A stretch of 64,000 nucleotides of DNA from Basidiobolus meristosporus CBS 931.73 (taxonomy: Eukaryota > Fungi > Basidiobolomycota): the NCBI GenBank assembly GCA_002104905.1, contig MCFE01000142.1, forward strand, positions 62,001 to 126,000, in the 5' to 3' direction. Position 1 is the first letter of the stretch. Each line of letters opens with the position of its first letter. A program made the position numbers and the translations under genes. The notes under the pieces were generated by a model. It made no database searches, was not told the origin of the DNA, and saw only the letters and a program-made list of their open reading frames with translations. Below are positions 24,518-36,201 of this stretch, one piece after another.

Positions 24518-27430
24518 TGTTATGATCTACTGCTTGAATGTCTAAGTAAGATCAGTTCTTGGGTCAAATCATTTAGTTTTATGTTTAGCCTATCAGTGTA
24601 TCAGTGCTATCTATCAAATTGGTAGCATTGGTCAGCAAATTAATCCGCAGATCCCTATCAGACAGAAATATATGTATTAAGTAGGATCTTACTGGGTGAT
24701 GATGATGCAATCAAATGAGTCATCAGCCACAACTTACATTTTTAAATACAAATAGTCAGCAATTAATTGGGCAAAATGTATGTAAGGAGCTGCTGGAACC
24801 ACAACAAAAATCATTTAAGTTTTTAGTGAGCTCAATAAGAGCTAAGCTCCCTATTCCTCTACAACTCTTGTACCAAGACTTGCAACATTAGTAGCAGCTA
24901 TATTCAGAAACCTCCCTCCTGAAGTAAGAATAAGCCTCCCTCAAGATGTCAGATAATCAAGAATAGAAGAATGCTATGCTATGCTACAAATCCAGGCCCA
25001 GCAGCAACGTTTACTCCAGATCCTTAACCCGCAGCAACAAGGATTGACTACCATGGCCCAAAGCCCGCAAAACTCTGCCAAGAGCAACTTTAGTGTGAAG
25101 GTCAATTGGTACCATGGTAGAGTAAATGAAAACCTGGGAACATAGCTCTTCCAGCATGAAGAAGCTTTCACAGATAAGGGAATTGCACCACAAAGCATGC
25201 TACATTATGCAGCCTCTTACATGGCAGATGCAGCTTTACAGTGGTACCACTGCAAGATCATGTCAGCCACCATAATTGGATGCTCTCAAATCACTACCTG
25301 AGATGCGTTTGCGTTGGAAATTCAGGATGCTCTTGAATCCCCACACCAGCAGACACTATTAAGACAAAAGTTGAAGACACTCAGACAGAGGGAATGGTTC
25401 AAGAGTACATCTATGAATATTGATGTACTTGGACAAGTTCAAAAAATGGACCCCCTGGATCAAGTGGAATACTCTATTGATGGGTTGAAAGAAAGAACTT
25501 GAAGGGAAGTGAATTTTTAAAGACCACACACTGTTGAAGAAACCTTCAAGATTGCTATTGACTATGACTCAGCTATGTTTGGAGTTGGATAGCACACAAT
25601 GATTAATCAAAGAGGCTACAATCACTATGAAAGAAGACAATCAGACTCAGTGCCAATGGAAATAGATGCTGTGCAGAAGAATCCTACCTCAGAAGAATAT
25701 AAAAAGAAAGCACTTTCCTTTAATTGCCACCAGCAGGGACATTTTGCAAAGTACTGCCCTAGGAGAACAAATGGGCACCAGCAATCAAGAGCCTTTAGCT
25801 ATATTGAAGCCCTTGAGCATTGTAACATGGAAGATGAACTTGAAAAAGACTCAGAACTCCCCTTCTATATGACCAAAGAATACTTATTGTAATGACCTCA
25901 AGTTCAGGAAAGCTATTATACTTGAATGGAGTAATCAATGGAGTACCTGTCAAGAGCATGATGGACTCATAAGCATTGTATTAGTGCATATCAGTGCAAT
26001 GGCTTTGAAAGCTGGAATCAACTTGGAACCTGCCAAATCAACTTAAGTTTCAAGATATGTTGGGAACTAACACATATTCAACCATATTTCTCGGCCAGCA
26101 AGATGAAGATCAATGACCAAGAAGTAGACCTACAGGCCAATATATTTGGGAACTGCATGTTTGACCTTGAACTTGGAAAAACCTGGCTATTTTGTCATAA
26201 CCCATCAATTAACTGGAGGACCTGTGCTACTCTGATCCAGAAGGGCAACAAGACCTTTGAGCTATTACCTGCCAGACTCAATTTCAACTTAGTTAACTCC
26301 AGTGTGTGTGAAACAAGTGAACTTAGCAAGACACAGTTCTGTAAGGCACTTAGGAAAGGCACCCAGATGTTCCTCATGGCAGTTTTACAGGAGTATTCCT
26401 CTACTCCAGTATTCCAGCAGGTCAAGACTCTTTTGAAGGAATATTCAGACTTATTTCCTGATGAACTTGTAAGCCTACCATCAGTCAGAGGGGGGATCAT
26501 GCCATTGATACTGGGTATAGCCCTCCAGTGAGTAAGACACCTTACAGAATGAGTTCATTGGAGTTGGAAGAGATGAAGAGACTAATAGATCAGTTGTTGG
26601 AGCAAGGATATATCAGACCCAGCAAGTCACCTTGGGGAGCACCAGTACATTTAGGAAAATGAGGGATGGATCACATGGGATGTGCATTGACTACAGAGCC
26701 CTTATCTTAGTTACCATGAAGAATAAGTCTCCCATTCTTTGGACTGATGAGCTTTTGGACCAACTTAATGGAGCCACTATATTTAGCAAGATTGACCTCA
26801 TGTCAGGATACTACCAGATTAGGGTGAAACCAGACAACATCCCTACAACAGCATTCAGGACCAGATATTGACATTACAAGTATCTAGTCATGAGTGTTGG
26901 CTTCACCAACGCCCCTGCAAAATTCATGACCTTGATACAAACAGTCTTCTAGGAATATTTAGACAGGTTTGTAGTAATCTACCTAGATGACACATTGATA
27001 TACTGCAAGACAGAAAAGGAACACTTGGTGATCATTTAAGAGGTCTTGAAGAATCTAAGACAGAACAAGCTGTATGGCAAGCTAGCAAAGTGTGCATTCT
27101 TGAAGGAGCATGTTGAATACCTGGGACACATAGTGACTAGCACATAGTGACCTTAGACCCAAGAAGGTTGAAGTTATCAAGAATCTGAAGCAGCCTCATA
27201 GCAAATCAGAACTTGGATCATTCCTTGGAATGGTTTCCTATTATTGCAGACTTGTCAAGTTCTTTGCAAGTATGGCAGCCCATTTAACTGATATTCTCAA
27301 GAAAGAAAACACCATGAAATGGGACCTAGCCTGTGAGACTGCCTTTTGGATGCTTAAGAATGAACTTGCTATGCTGCCAAGCTTACAAATCCCAGACTTC
27401 AGAAAAGAGTTTATTCTGTGCATAGAGGCT
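24518..27430 (+). mobile_element. Gypsy G1 copy d (5' LTR 24,518-24,887, gag, PR, RT; truncated in RNase H)
   Basis: TGTTATG...TGCAACA LTR, PBS-like TAGTAGCAGC, gag knuckle, FSKIDLMSGYYQIRV; breaks at FILCIEAS. Confidence 0.9.
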
Positions 27431-28423
27431 TCTGGGGAACTCTTGGGCAAAGAGTAATTATTGCATTTAGAACCCACATATCCTGGGGGTTAAGAGGGAG
27501 CTTTGTCCTCACAGTTCTATGCTAACTTGCTTCTCCAGGGTTGATTTTGTTTACAGAGTATGGGGAGTCACCATAGTACCAGTAATTGTTGTCACTTGCA
27601 AGGCAATTGCAGGTATGTACACAATACTATTTGGTGGCAGAGTGGGGTGTGGCTTGAGTTTTCTGAGGGATGTGTTCCACAGAGCCAAACAGTTGGCAAA
27701 CCATAGGGTTCTGGGTGAGCTCCTTGGGGGGATTGGAGAACAAGAAGAGATGCAATAATACAATAAAGTCTTGCTTCTTTAACTTGCAAACATTGTTTGG
27801 GCTTGTTCTTGTTGTATTCAACATGGCCACAGGGGCTCTTTGGAAGGGGTTTACACTTGGTTGCCAGTCATCCATTGTCAATAACAAGTTTTTGCTTCTT
27901 ATGAAACATATTGTAGTTCTTCTGTGGAGGTTGTGGTGCAATCAAGGCGTTTTTGCACACTCCTTGTGGTTTCTACAGAGTCTGCAGTGGTCTCTTTGGT
28001 GTCTTGGAGTTGGACTTGGTACTGGCTTGTGAGCTGTCCTATGGTGAGCCACTGTAATAGTTGTAACACAGCAACTCAGTGAATTGCATGTGTCAACTGG
28101 CCAGTGTACTTAATCTGATAATGCATCTTCTCCATGATGATTCCTTCTTGGAAATGAGGTTCAAGATGTTTGCGGATTTCTTGGAGGAGTCCTTCAATTG
28201 GGAGTTCTGCTTCTGGTGCTCTTGCAACTTGTACTAGGTCTGCATATATCTCAACAACTGTGATAGCAATCAACGGTAGCAAGCAACAAAATAAGGGGGC
28301 TCTCAAGGCCTTGTGAGGGTGCAACAGTTAACTCCTTATGTCATATGTCTGACTGTGCCTGGTATGAATATGGGAATCAATGTAGCATCCCTCTTCTTAA
28401 TAATTACGGAACCTTCTCTCAGG

Positions 28424-28850
28424 TGTATGGCATCATCTTGCCCACTGGTACTATCTGGCACTCTATTTAAATATGAGCCCTAGAGTAAAAGCTATACAAA
28501 GCACTTATAGTGCCAGAGAGTACCAGTGGGGCAAGATAGTGCCATGTGTGTTTGTGACATGTTCCAAGCCACAGGAGCTAGATTCAGAGTGCCATAGGTG
28601 TTGAGTACCTGATGCATTTCTTAAATAGTTGTGTGATTTTACACATCCTGCACAACATTGATTCAAAAAATGGTCAAAAAATAAATTTTCTTCAGCACAA
28701 TGGGTGAAATTCAGGTGCTGCTTTGAATGAAGATGAAGAGCTATGCTTCACACTCTGTGGCCAACTTTAGGTCTGCTATACCTCTTTTGCACACAATGGC
28801 ACTATTTGGCAATCATGGCTCAATGTGGCACTATCTAACAGAACAAGTCT
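28424..28850 (-). mobile_element. Fold-back MITE with a truncated left arm
   Basis: Spacer 'atttaaatatgagccctagagtaaaagctatacaaagcactt' between inverted ctatctggcact/agtgccaga motifs; ends GAACAAGTCT|AAT. Confidence 0.85.
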
Positions 28851-29072
28851 AATACAAAAACATTGCTTTCTGTTCTTCTTTGGGACTATAGACTTATTCC
28901 GTTGGATAGTGCCACATAGTGCCAGCCTGTTTATGGCGCCGGATCAATCTGGCACTCTATGGCACTATCTGGCACTATAATTTCTACCATGATGCCAGTG
29001 GTATGATACAGTTACTGGTAATTTTACTCAATCTTACTTATGTTGCTCAGAATAGTGCTTTCCTTGCTTTAT

Positions 29073-29900
29073 TTACTCTTCATAATGCTCCAGACACATT
29101 TCTCTTGGTGGATGTCTTCTTGTATCAACATACTGTGCATTAATAAGTATCTTAACTATTTTACCTATTCTGCTGTTTTCTCCTATATATGACTTTCCTC
29201 TGTATTTACCTGCCAATATGCTGAATCTCTTCAGATATCCAAATGTGTGCTCTACCCTCACTCTGAAATGATTACATATCTCATTGTAGAGCTTCTGCTT
29301 CCTGCTAAGCACACCATTCCTTTGCTTCCTATAAGCTGTAATACATCCTAATCTCTGACAATCCTCTTCTATATAGGCTACGTCTGCCATACATTTGTCC
29401 CCTCTACTGAATTCAGGATGATTCTCTACTCAGAGTGCTTTGTCATGCCTACTTCCAGCAAATGGCCCACTAAACCAGATGACGTTACCCTCAATGTCAA
29501 ACAGTGTTTGAAACTTCACACAGTGTGCCTTGTACTTGCCAGAATAAAAGTGCCTCTGCCCTCTAGAAGGTCTGTTAATCCTCACTGGGAAGGTATCCAA
29601 AATACTCCTGATATGGAACCTGTTGCTGAACACTCTGGGATATGGAAGTCTATTGGAGCTTCTGAACCTAGTATTCCAAGCTTGCTCTAAGTCATTCATA
29701 CCCTCTGCAAGGTGGTTCTCTATTGCTGTCAGCTGGGAATGAAAGCTTCTAGGACTTTTGTTGCCATGGATGGTGGGATGAAACCTTGTAGGGCAATAGT
29801 TCTTGTAATAACAGAGAAGCTTAACAAAGGATCTCCTTGAGTAGATTGGGGTTGATGGTCCACAGTACTTGGATTAGATCTCCTCTAGTGTGTCAAAAGG
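29073..29900 (-). pseudogene. DDE_Tnp_4-type (Harbinger) transposase with an in-frame TGG>TGA nonsense at 29,430-29,432
   Basis: SILDTF...YSGKYKAHCVKFQ...GSRHDKAL*...MADVAY...RVRVEHTFGYLKRF. The two ORF pieces are 39 nt apart and in frame; H1 has ALWVEN. The 5' boundary is approximate. Confidence 0.88.
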
Positions 29901-30316
29901 AAATCCAGTGGTAGTGATGGGATTGATGAGAAAAGACCATTCAGATAAGTAAGTCATATTAAAATTGGTGGATGATTGTATGGAGGCGGTTTGAATTGAT
30001 TTGGCGTGATCTGCATTATTTATCTGATTTTTAATACATTATGGTTAAATCTCCATCAATTGCCATGTATCCCATCATTATGTTGCAAAAATCATCCGCA
30101 AACAATGCCTTGGTACTTTTATTGATGCTTTAATCATAGGTCTATAATCAAATAGGAAATCTGCAATTGTTGTGATCTGATCTGTGTCAATGCAATCCAA
30201 GATGCATCATGCATAATATATGGAATATTCAACAATCACATTAGTTTTCATATATATTTCTTATAAGACCAGGTTGATGCCAATATACTGCTGTATAAGT
30301 ATCCAAATCTGCTGCT

Positions 30317-31573
30317 ATGATCCCCATACCAAGCCTCAACTCATCTTTAGTACAACCCAGACAAAACCCATCCCGCAGCTCACAAGCACGGTCCGGACCG
30401 GAAAAGTCAATGTTGGATCTGTTTGAGCTCTTGCCAAATGATTTTAGTATGGCCCAAGTGTCTATGATGAGCCTTCATACAGATATTTGGGCACTACTGA
30501 TTAATCTAGCAGAACTAGATACCTCAGAGAGTCAACAAAGATGGAAGAACTTGAGTAGAAAGCTGTGGCATGAGTTCTACATCAAGATGCCAGCCAATGT
30601 ATGTAAGAAGATACATAATAAGACAAGTATTGAAATCAAGAATGAGCTGAGAGTTAGGGGATTTGACAAAGAAGCCGCGTGGGAACGCTTTTGCACTCAA
30701 TTTGCAAAGTACGGGCCGGACGCATCCGTTTGTGCCTCAACTTTAGGAACCAAAGAGATTTTGAATGAGTTTTTGCCTCAAATGACTAATGTACTACATA
30801 ATATATTAGTAGAGCTAAGTGGCTTCCAAGAGCAATATACACAGGACTCATCCAGGCAACAGCTCCAAAGTATCAGACAGAGGGTAAGTGAATACCTTGA
30901 GGAATCAGATGGTGAGCTTCAGGAGGAAGAACACAGACCGCAAGCAACATTGTCCAGATTGCGCCAGCACACCTTGCTGGATTCCCTACCATCTCTTGCA
31001 ACCGCAGCATGCCAGTGCATGTCAGTCCAGACCACGCCAACACCCTTTACCAGAACACCCCGCATCAAGTCAACACGCATTGAGTTAATGCGTGTGCTTC
31101 AGAGCAATACTACAAGAACTTGCCAAACTGCTCATTTAGACACAAGTCTATTGGAGCAGACCAAGTTGCGTCAACATGCAGCATCACATCTAACTCAGCC
31201 AAGGGCCATCTCAACGCGTCAAGGCGCACCTGCGCGTGCCATTTTGCCTGACCATCAGCGAGTTACTTCTGGTGAACTGACTGATGATGACCAACATGAA
31301 GTGCCTCAACCACCGGAGCCCTTAGGAAGTAAAAGAACGCATCAGCACGTGGCACTACAGGCCAGTTCAGTTGGTTCAGTTGGTTCAGTTGGAGCAATTC
31401 AGCACGGCCAAGCTGCAGCATTGTACTCATCAACTAGGAGGCAAAATACTGACCGCAAATACACAAGTAGCCAAGATGATAGTCAGCCAGGAAGTAGTAT
31501 AGGTGTGCAAAGTGAGTCACTACCAAATGCTTCAGTAGTAATCCCTGTGAGAAAAAAACCCAGGAGAAGATGA
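30317..31573 (+). CDS. Harbinger companion (putative Myb/SANT-like DNA-binding) protein, 418 aa, uninterrupted
   Basis: Long open frame; QRWKNLSRK motif reminiscent of Myb/SANT-like trihelix domains; basic C-terminus VRKKPRRR; position opposite the transposase is typical of PIF/Harbinger. Confidence 0.65.
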   Translation: MIPIPSLNSSLVQPRQNPSRSSQARSGPEKSMLDLFELLPNDFSMAQVSMMSLHTDIWALLINLAELDTSESQQRWKNLSRKLWHEFYIKMPANVCKKIHNKTSIEIKNELRVRGFDKEAAWERFCTQFAKYGPDASVCASTLGTKEILNEFLPQMTNVLHNILVELSGFQEQYTQDSSRQQLQSIRQRVSEYLEESDGELQEEEHRPQATLSRLRQHTLLDSLPSLATAACQCMSVQTTPTPFTRTPRIKSTRIELMRVLQSNTTRTCQTAHLDTSLLEQTKLRQHAASHLTQPRAISTRQGAPARAILPDHQRVTSGELTDDDQHEVPQPPEPLGSKRTHQHVALQASSVGSVGSVGAIQHGQAAALYSSTRRQNTDRKYTSSQDDSQPGSSIGVQSESLPNASVVIPVRKKPRRR

Positions 31574-32309
31574 TGCAATTGCTTTGAAATGCTCACATTT
31601 GTAATGATCCCAACAACCCATTTTTTTTGCAATCCAAATCAAGCCTTTGCAAATCAGTGATCATCAAATTTTTGATATAAGTATATCAAGGTCATCTCAC
31701 ACTTGAGAAAGAGCTCCTATAAATAAACACCCTGCATATATATACGTCATCTGTAATACCAGTGCAGCTATTGGATATGTTTTGCACCTACACAATTGCT
31801 GCATGCTAGCTATGACACCTTGTCCAATCACTAGGATCAGGGATTTACTTGCTCAATGGGCAAAATGGGATATTTGATGGCAAATCAGGTAGCTTTTTCA
31901 GTAGTCAATGAGCCAATTGGGGGCTGCCAGCTTCAGGATACTTTTGGACCAATTAACCATTGAGATACCATCCAATTGGAGTGAGGGTAACCAAAATGGT
32001 AAGTATCAGTGTAGTTTATAGTGTGATACACATTTATTTCCATTTACATTAAAGAAACATATCTATATACCGGATTTTACCTGCCATAATAGCAGTATCC
32101 AATCGCAAACGTAATGCAAACATTAAGAGTTGGTGCAATCATCCATGCCAGCCTCATTGTGTCAGATTGTGCCATAGTGTGCAAGATTGTCCCGCATAGT
32201 GTGAAATTGTCCAAGAACAATGCTGCCTTCTGGTAGTTATTATATTGCACCCAATTGTTCTTTACAACCGTAGATTGCCCCACGTGCCCTGGCACAGTAC
32301 AATGGATCA

Positions 32310-34450
32310 AGTCTTATCACTATGGGGGAGGGCCACTGTGAGTGGCTCTCTGCAATGATGTAATCCTTTAATAAAGTTTCAACTGTCTCACTGATATATT
32401 CTGTGTCAGTTTTTGAGTTCCTATAGGCATTTTGCTTGATGGGGTATTTGTCAGCAAGGTGGACATGGTCATATACCCTGGGTATATGGCCAATTACCTG
32501 GTTCTTAGAAAATACTTGAGCAAGAGGGTGCATTTCCTCTAGGAACTTGTCTTGTAGCATAGGTGGTAGACTGGGTCCACATCCAGTTTGAGGAGCTCCT
32601 CTTCTGGTTCCTCACTTTTAGGTGGTCCTTGGTTGTTTCTGTCAACTTCCTCTATGTTTGATAACAGCACACCTCTGGGCAGTACCACCTCATGTTGCCC
32701 AATGTTAACAACAAAGCATTTCACATTTTGCGCTTCAAATTTTGGTGGTATCCATACTTTAAGGATCAAGATTTCTTCCAGATTGTCAAATACCTTTGTT
32801 GCGGTTATCATTCTTCCCTTCATTGAATAGCTATTGGTGTCTCCAGAGGGATCTCCATCTCACTGGCAGATGGTATTTTTATTACCTTTTGTGTGATGAT
32901 TGGAGACTGTGATGGTTCCACCTCTTTTAGCTGTCACACTATTGCTACACACCTTGATCATATTGGTGATATATATCAGTGGGATACTCTTGGTGTCCCA
33001 CCTGAGCTCAGATGCACTGCAGAGTATGTCCATCTTATATTGGATAAACCAATTTCTGCCAATAAGTAGGTTTTTGGCTGCAGTGGGTAGGACCACAACA
33101 TCTTAGTGTATAATCAGGTTACCTAGCCAGATGGGGCAATTAGGTACCATGCCTACTCTTGTGTCAAGTTGGTCATTTGCTAGCCATAATCAAATGGTGT
33201 CATTGGGGACTATGTCTAATTTTAGATATTTTGCTAATGACTCTGACATGATCAACATAGAGGATTGTGTGCCAATGAAGGCAGGAATCTCCTTTTTCTC
33301 CATACATACCTGTATGTTTGTACCCTTATTTGGCTTTTGTAGGACCATCTGGTTGACATGAAGGGTTGTTATCTCCTTCAATCCCACTAACAATTCTTTG
33401 ACTAGAGCCAGGGCAAGTCTCAGTAGATTGTTTATTGGGAGGGTTTCCTTGATTTGCTTTATTACCTTCATTATTGGGAATAGGCAGTGGGAGGACATAC
33501 TAGTGTTCCTAGTTTGCTACAATACTTCTTCCCAAGGCTCATCCTGTACTTCTTCACTCACTTCTATGTTCTTTCCCTTTGACAGAACCCATACTATTGG
33601 TTCCTTTGCCTCTCCTCTAGAAGCATCATGTCAATGGTTCTTCTTCCTCACTTTGACTGTTTTGACTGGAGGGCTGAAGTTGTTTAAGTCATGTTGGCCT
33701 CCTGGCAAGGGACTCTTTCTTTTGATGCCTTCTTCTCCTTTGTTTCCAGTACAGGTTCTTGTCTGTACCACTTTTTGCATTTGTGGGTTCTGTGATCTAC
33801 ATTTCTGCATACACAACATGGATACTATTGTTGTTGTTATTCCATTGGTTGGGTCAGGGCTTGTACCTGGGCCTTTAGATCTACAACAGCTTCTTGAGCA
33901 TATTGCATTCTTTGGGAACTTCTTGGACATTATTGATTGAGAGTTCTTGGACCTTTTGTTGTATTTCTCTAACTCACAGTCTTTTGTGGAGGCAATGTTT
34001 CCTTTCTTACAGGGGATCCCTGTTCCTCAATCACCTTACTTTCCTATTGCTGTCCCATCCTGTGTCAAATGCAACTCTCTCAAACTTATTGAACCACTTG
34101 AGGGCCTTCTCTATCTTCCCTTTGTACATTCTCAGTTTCATTGTAGTAGTCATTACCTCACTTATGCTTATTTTGCAAAGACAGTACCAAATCTGTGGGC
34201 TATTACTGACTCTACTTGGTAGTTGGGAGAGCTTGTGGATCAAGTCAGTACCACTTGATTCAAAATAGCATACAATAGAAGGTATTAAGGTAAAAAGACT
34301 TATGTTTATTATGTCAAAAAATCTGTCCCCTTCAACTTGCTTCAGTTGGATATAAATATATATCTCACTCAGAGGGGCTTTTGTGATAGATAATGTGTTA
34401 TAAAATAGGGGTGTGAGCACCTTCCTGTTATGGTAAGTGCTCTAACTAGG
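32310..34450 (-). mobile_element. Degenerate Gypsy family G3 (gag, knuckle, PR, dUTPase-like segment, RT start), truncated
   Basis: KALKWFNKFERVAFDTGW (gag); CCVCRNVDHRTHKC knuckle near 33.8 kb; LLIGRNWF (PR); PIKQNAYR...SHSQWPSPIV (RT start). Confidence 0.78.
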
Positions 34451-35754
34451 TAAGTACTGGAATAGGAGGAGGGACATATGAGGAACTCATAGGGAGGATA
34501 CTGGGGAGACTATGGGTTGGACTCTGGGGGAACTCTTGGGCAAAGAGTGGGTATTATATTTAGTACTCATGCACTGTAGCTTCTCCCTCCCATGCTGTGA
34601 CAGGTTTTTCTGTGGGCTTCAACCTTGGGCACCATTGTTGTGCCTCAAAGACTGGACAGGGCTCCTCTGCTATTATATCAGGAAATGGCTCAATTCTTGG
34701 CTGTGACATTGAGCTGCTGAAGTTCCCTCTTTGAAGCAAAAAACTTGCTTTCTCTACCTGGGATATTGATTGCTCTACACCTATTACCTGCTCATGCTGT
34801 TTCTGGACTGTTTCCTGATTTCTCTTGGCCATTGCATCTGACCTATCAGCCACTGCACCTTATTGCCTTATTAATGCTTTGGTGTGGTGGTGTACAAGTC
34901 CAAAAGAGATATACAACCAGCACTTCTCAAGTGTTTTGTGGGTGGGGTGCTCACTGGGTATAATAGCCTCTGGCAAAGGCTTGCTAGGAATACCTGGGTT
35001 CTGTCTTTACTCTAATAAGAAGGGGAATAATGCCACAAGCTTGTCAAGGGAAACTATTGAGTTAAAATCTTCAACTTAGTTGGTGTCTTAACAATAGCAT
35101 GTGCCAGGTTCAGCATCCTTTGAGATGACAATGTACTATAGCTTCCAAAGTCAAAACAACTCTAAACTCCTCCAGCTAGGACTTGATAAGAATGCAGCTG
35201 TGGTAAATGGTTACAAAGACAGAAAAGTATGTTTGCCTGTACAAGAACAAGCTTGTAAAGGAAATAAATATAATAACAGATACCTATTTGGAGTATTCCT
35301 CACAATGAGTGCCTCAAAGGTCAGTTAACTGTCAGCACAGTTTTTGGGCAGTGTCCTACAGTCTTTGATTGGAACTTTAGGTAGCAGCAGGCAGCAGTGC
35401 TCACACTAATCAACAAGTTGGTAAACTGATAAAAGGGATGATGGTTTATTGTTGAGGGATGGCCTCCCTTATGAACTTCTCTCACTGGCTAAGTGATTAC
35501 TATTCATGGTATTCCAGTAGGTTGCCAGAGATCAATATTATGGTAAATGACATCAGGAGCTAAGAAGATTCTAGGCATCAGTGGAATTCTTGATGACATC
35601 ACCATGAGCTAAAAATATGCCAAGAATGTCCTGGAAGGTTCTAAAAGGCACAGCACATCTAACCAATCAGGAATCAGTAGTCTGAAACCTGTGCAACATA
35701 GAAATACCATATATGGTATTGAAATGGTAGGGATGGTAACATAGACCTAGATCA

Positions 35755-36201
35755 TGTGTCACAGGTACTGACGCGGGTACCTGCCTTATATAGATACATA
35801 TACTGATCACAAAGCTGAATAACATCTGGGAATACTTATGCTAATCACTAATCAGGGTAAACATCATAAGGGGATAATAATGATAATATGTGCAAAATAA
35901 GAATGGGATAATACTGATTAGATAAAATATGGATAAGTATATCATAATGGCTATGTGAATAATCTTGTCTGTGGGAGGTGTGTTCACCCTACCACACCGG
36001 TCCTGACACAGGTACTTGCTTAATATAGAAGCACTTACACCAAGTAATCTCATACAAAGTGAGGTATAACCTATGCAATAAATAAGCAGGTATCATACTT
36101 AACTAGCTAATGGGATAGTACTGCTCAGATAAGACAAATTGGATAAAATTAATATAAGGGTTGTAGAGAAATAGGGAAGTAAACAATATGGGAATGACAC
36201 A
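35755..36201. repeat. Possible solo LTR of another family
   Basis: TGTGTCA...TGACACA inverted termini and AT-rich interior with AATAAA; no clean TSD found. Confidence 0.4.

Larger units (their letters stand above)
28890..31700. mobile_element. Two-gene PIF/Harbinger (PHIS)-type transposon H2; left terminus present, right terminus not found
   Basis: Left end AGACTTATTCCGTTGGATAGTGCCAC is shared with the MITE; DDE transposase (-) and companion ORF (+) are divergent around a ~400-bp AT-rich spacer. Confidence 0.85.

Noticed and set aside
29685-29702. 14-15 nt GT...AG micro-intron in the Harbinger transposase (also ~24,146-24,159)
   Set aside because: In H2 the frame reads through without splicing (HLAEGMNDLEQAW); the H1 difference is a 1-bp indel.
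33398-34268. Long hydrophobic + strand ORFs (180 and 124 aa)
   Set aside because: They are antisense to purine-rich Gypsy gag; the same applies to 8,959-9,423 and similar shadows.
35755-36201. TSD for the putative solo LTR
   Set aside because: The flanks (GATCA/TCTGT or CATG/CATC) do not match exactly, so it is kept only as a low-confidence feature.
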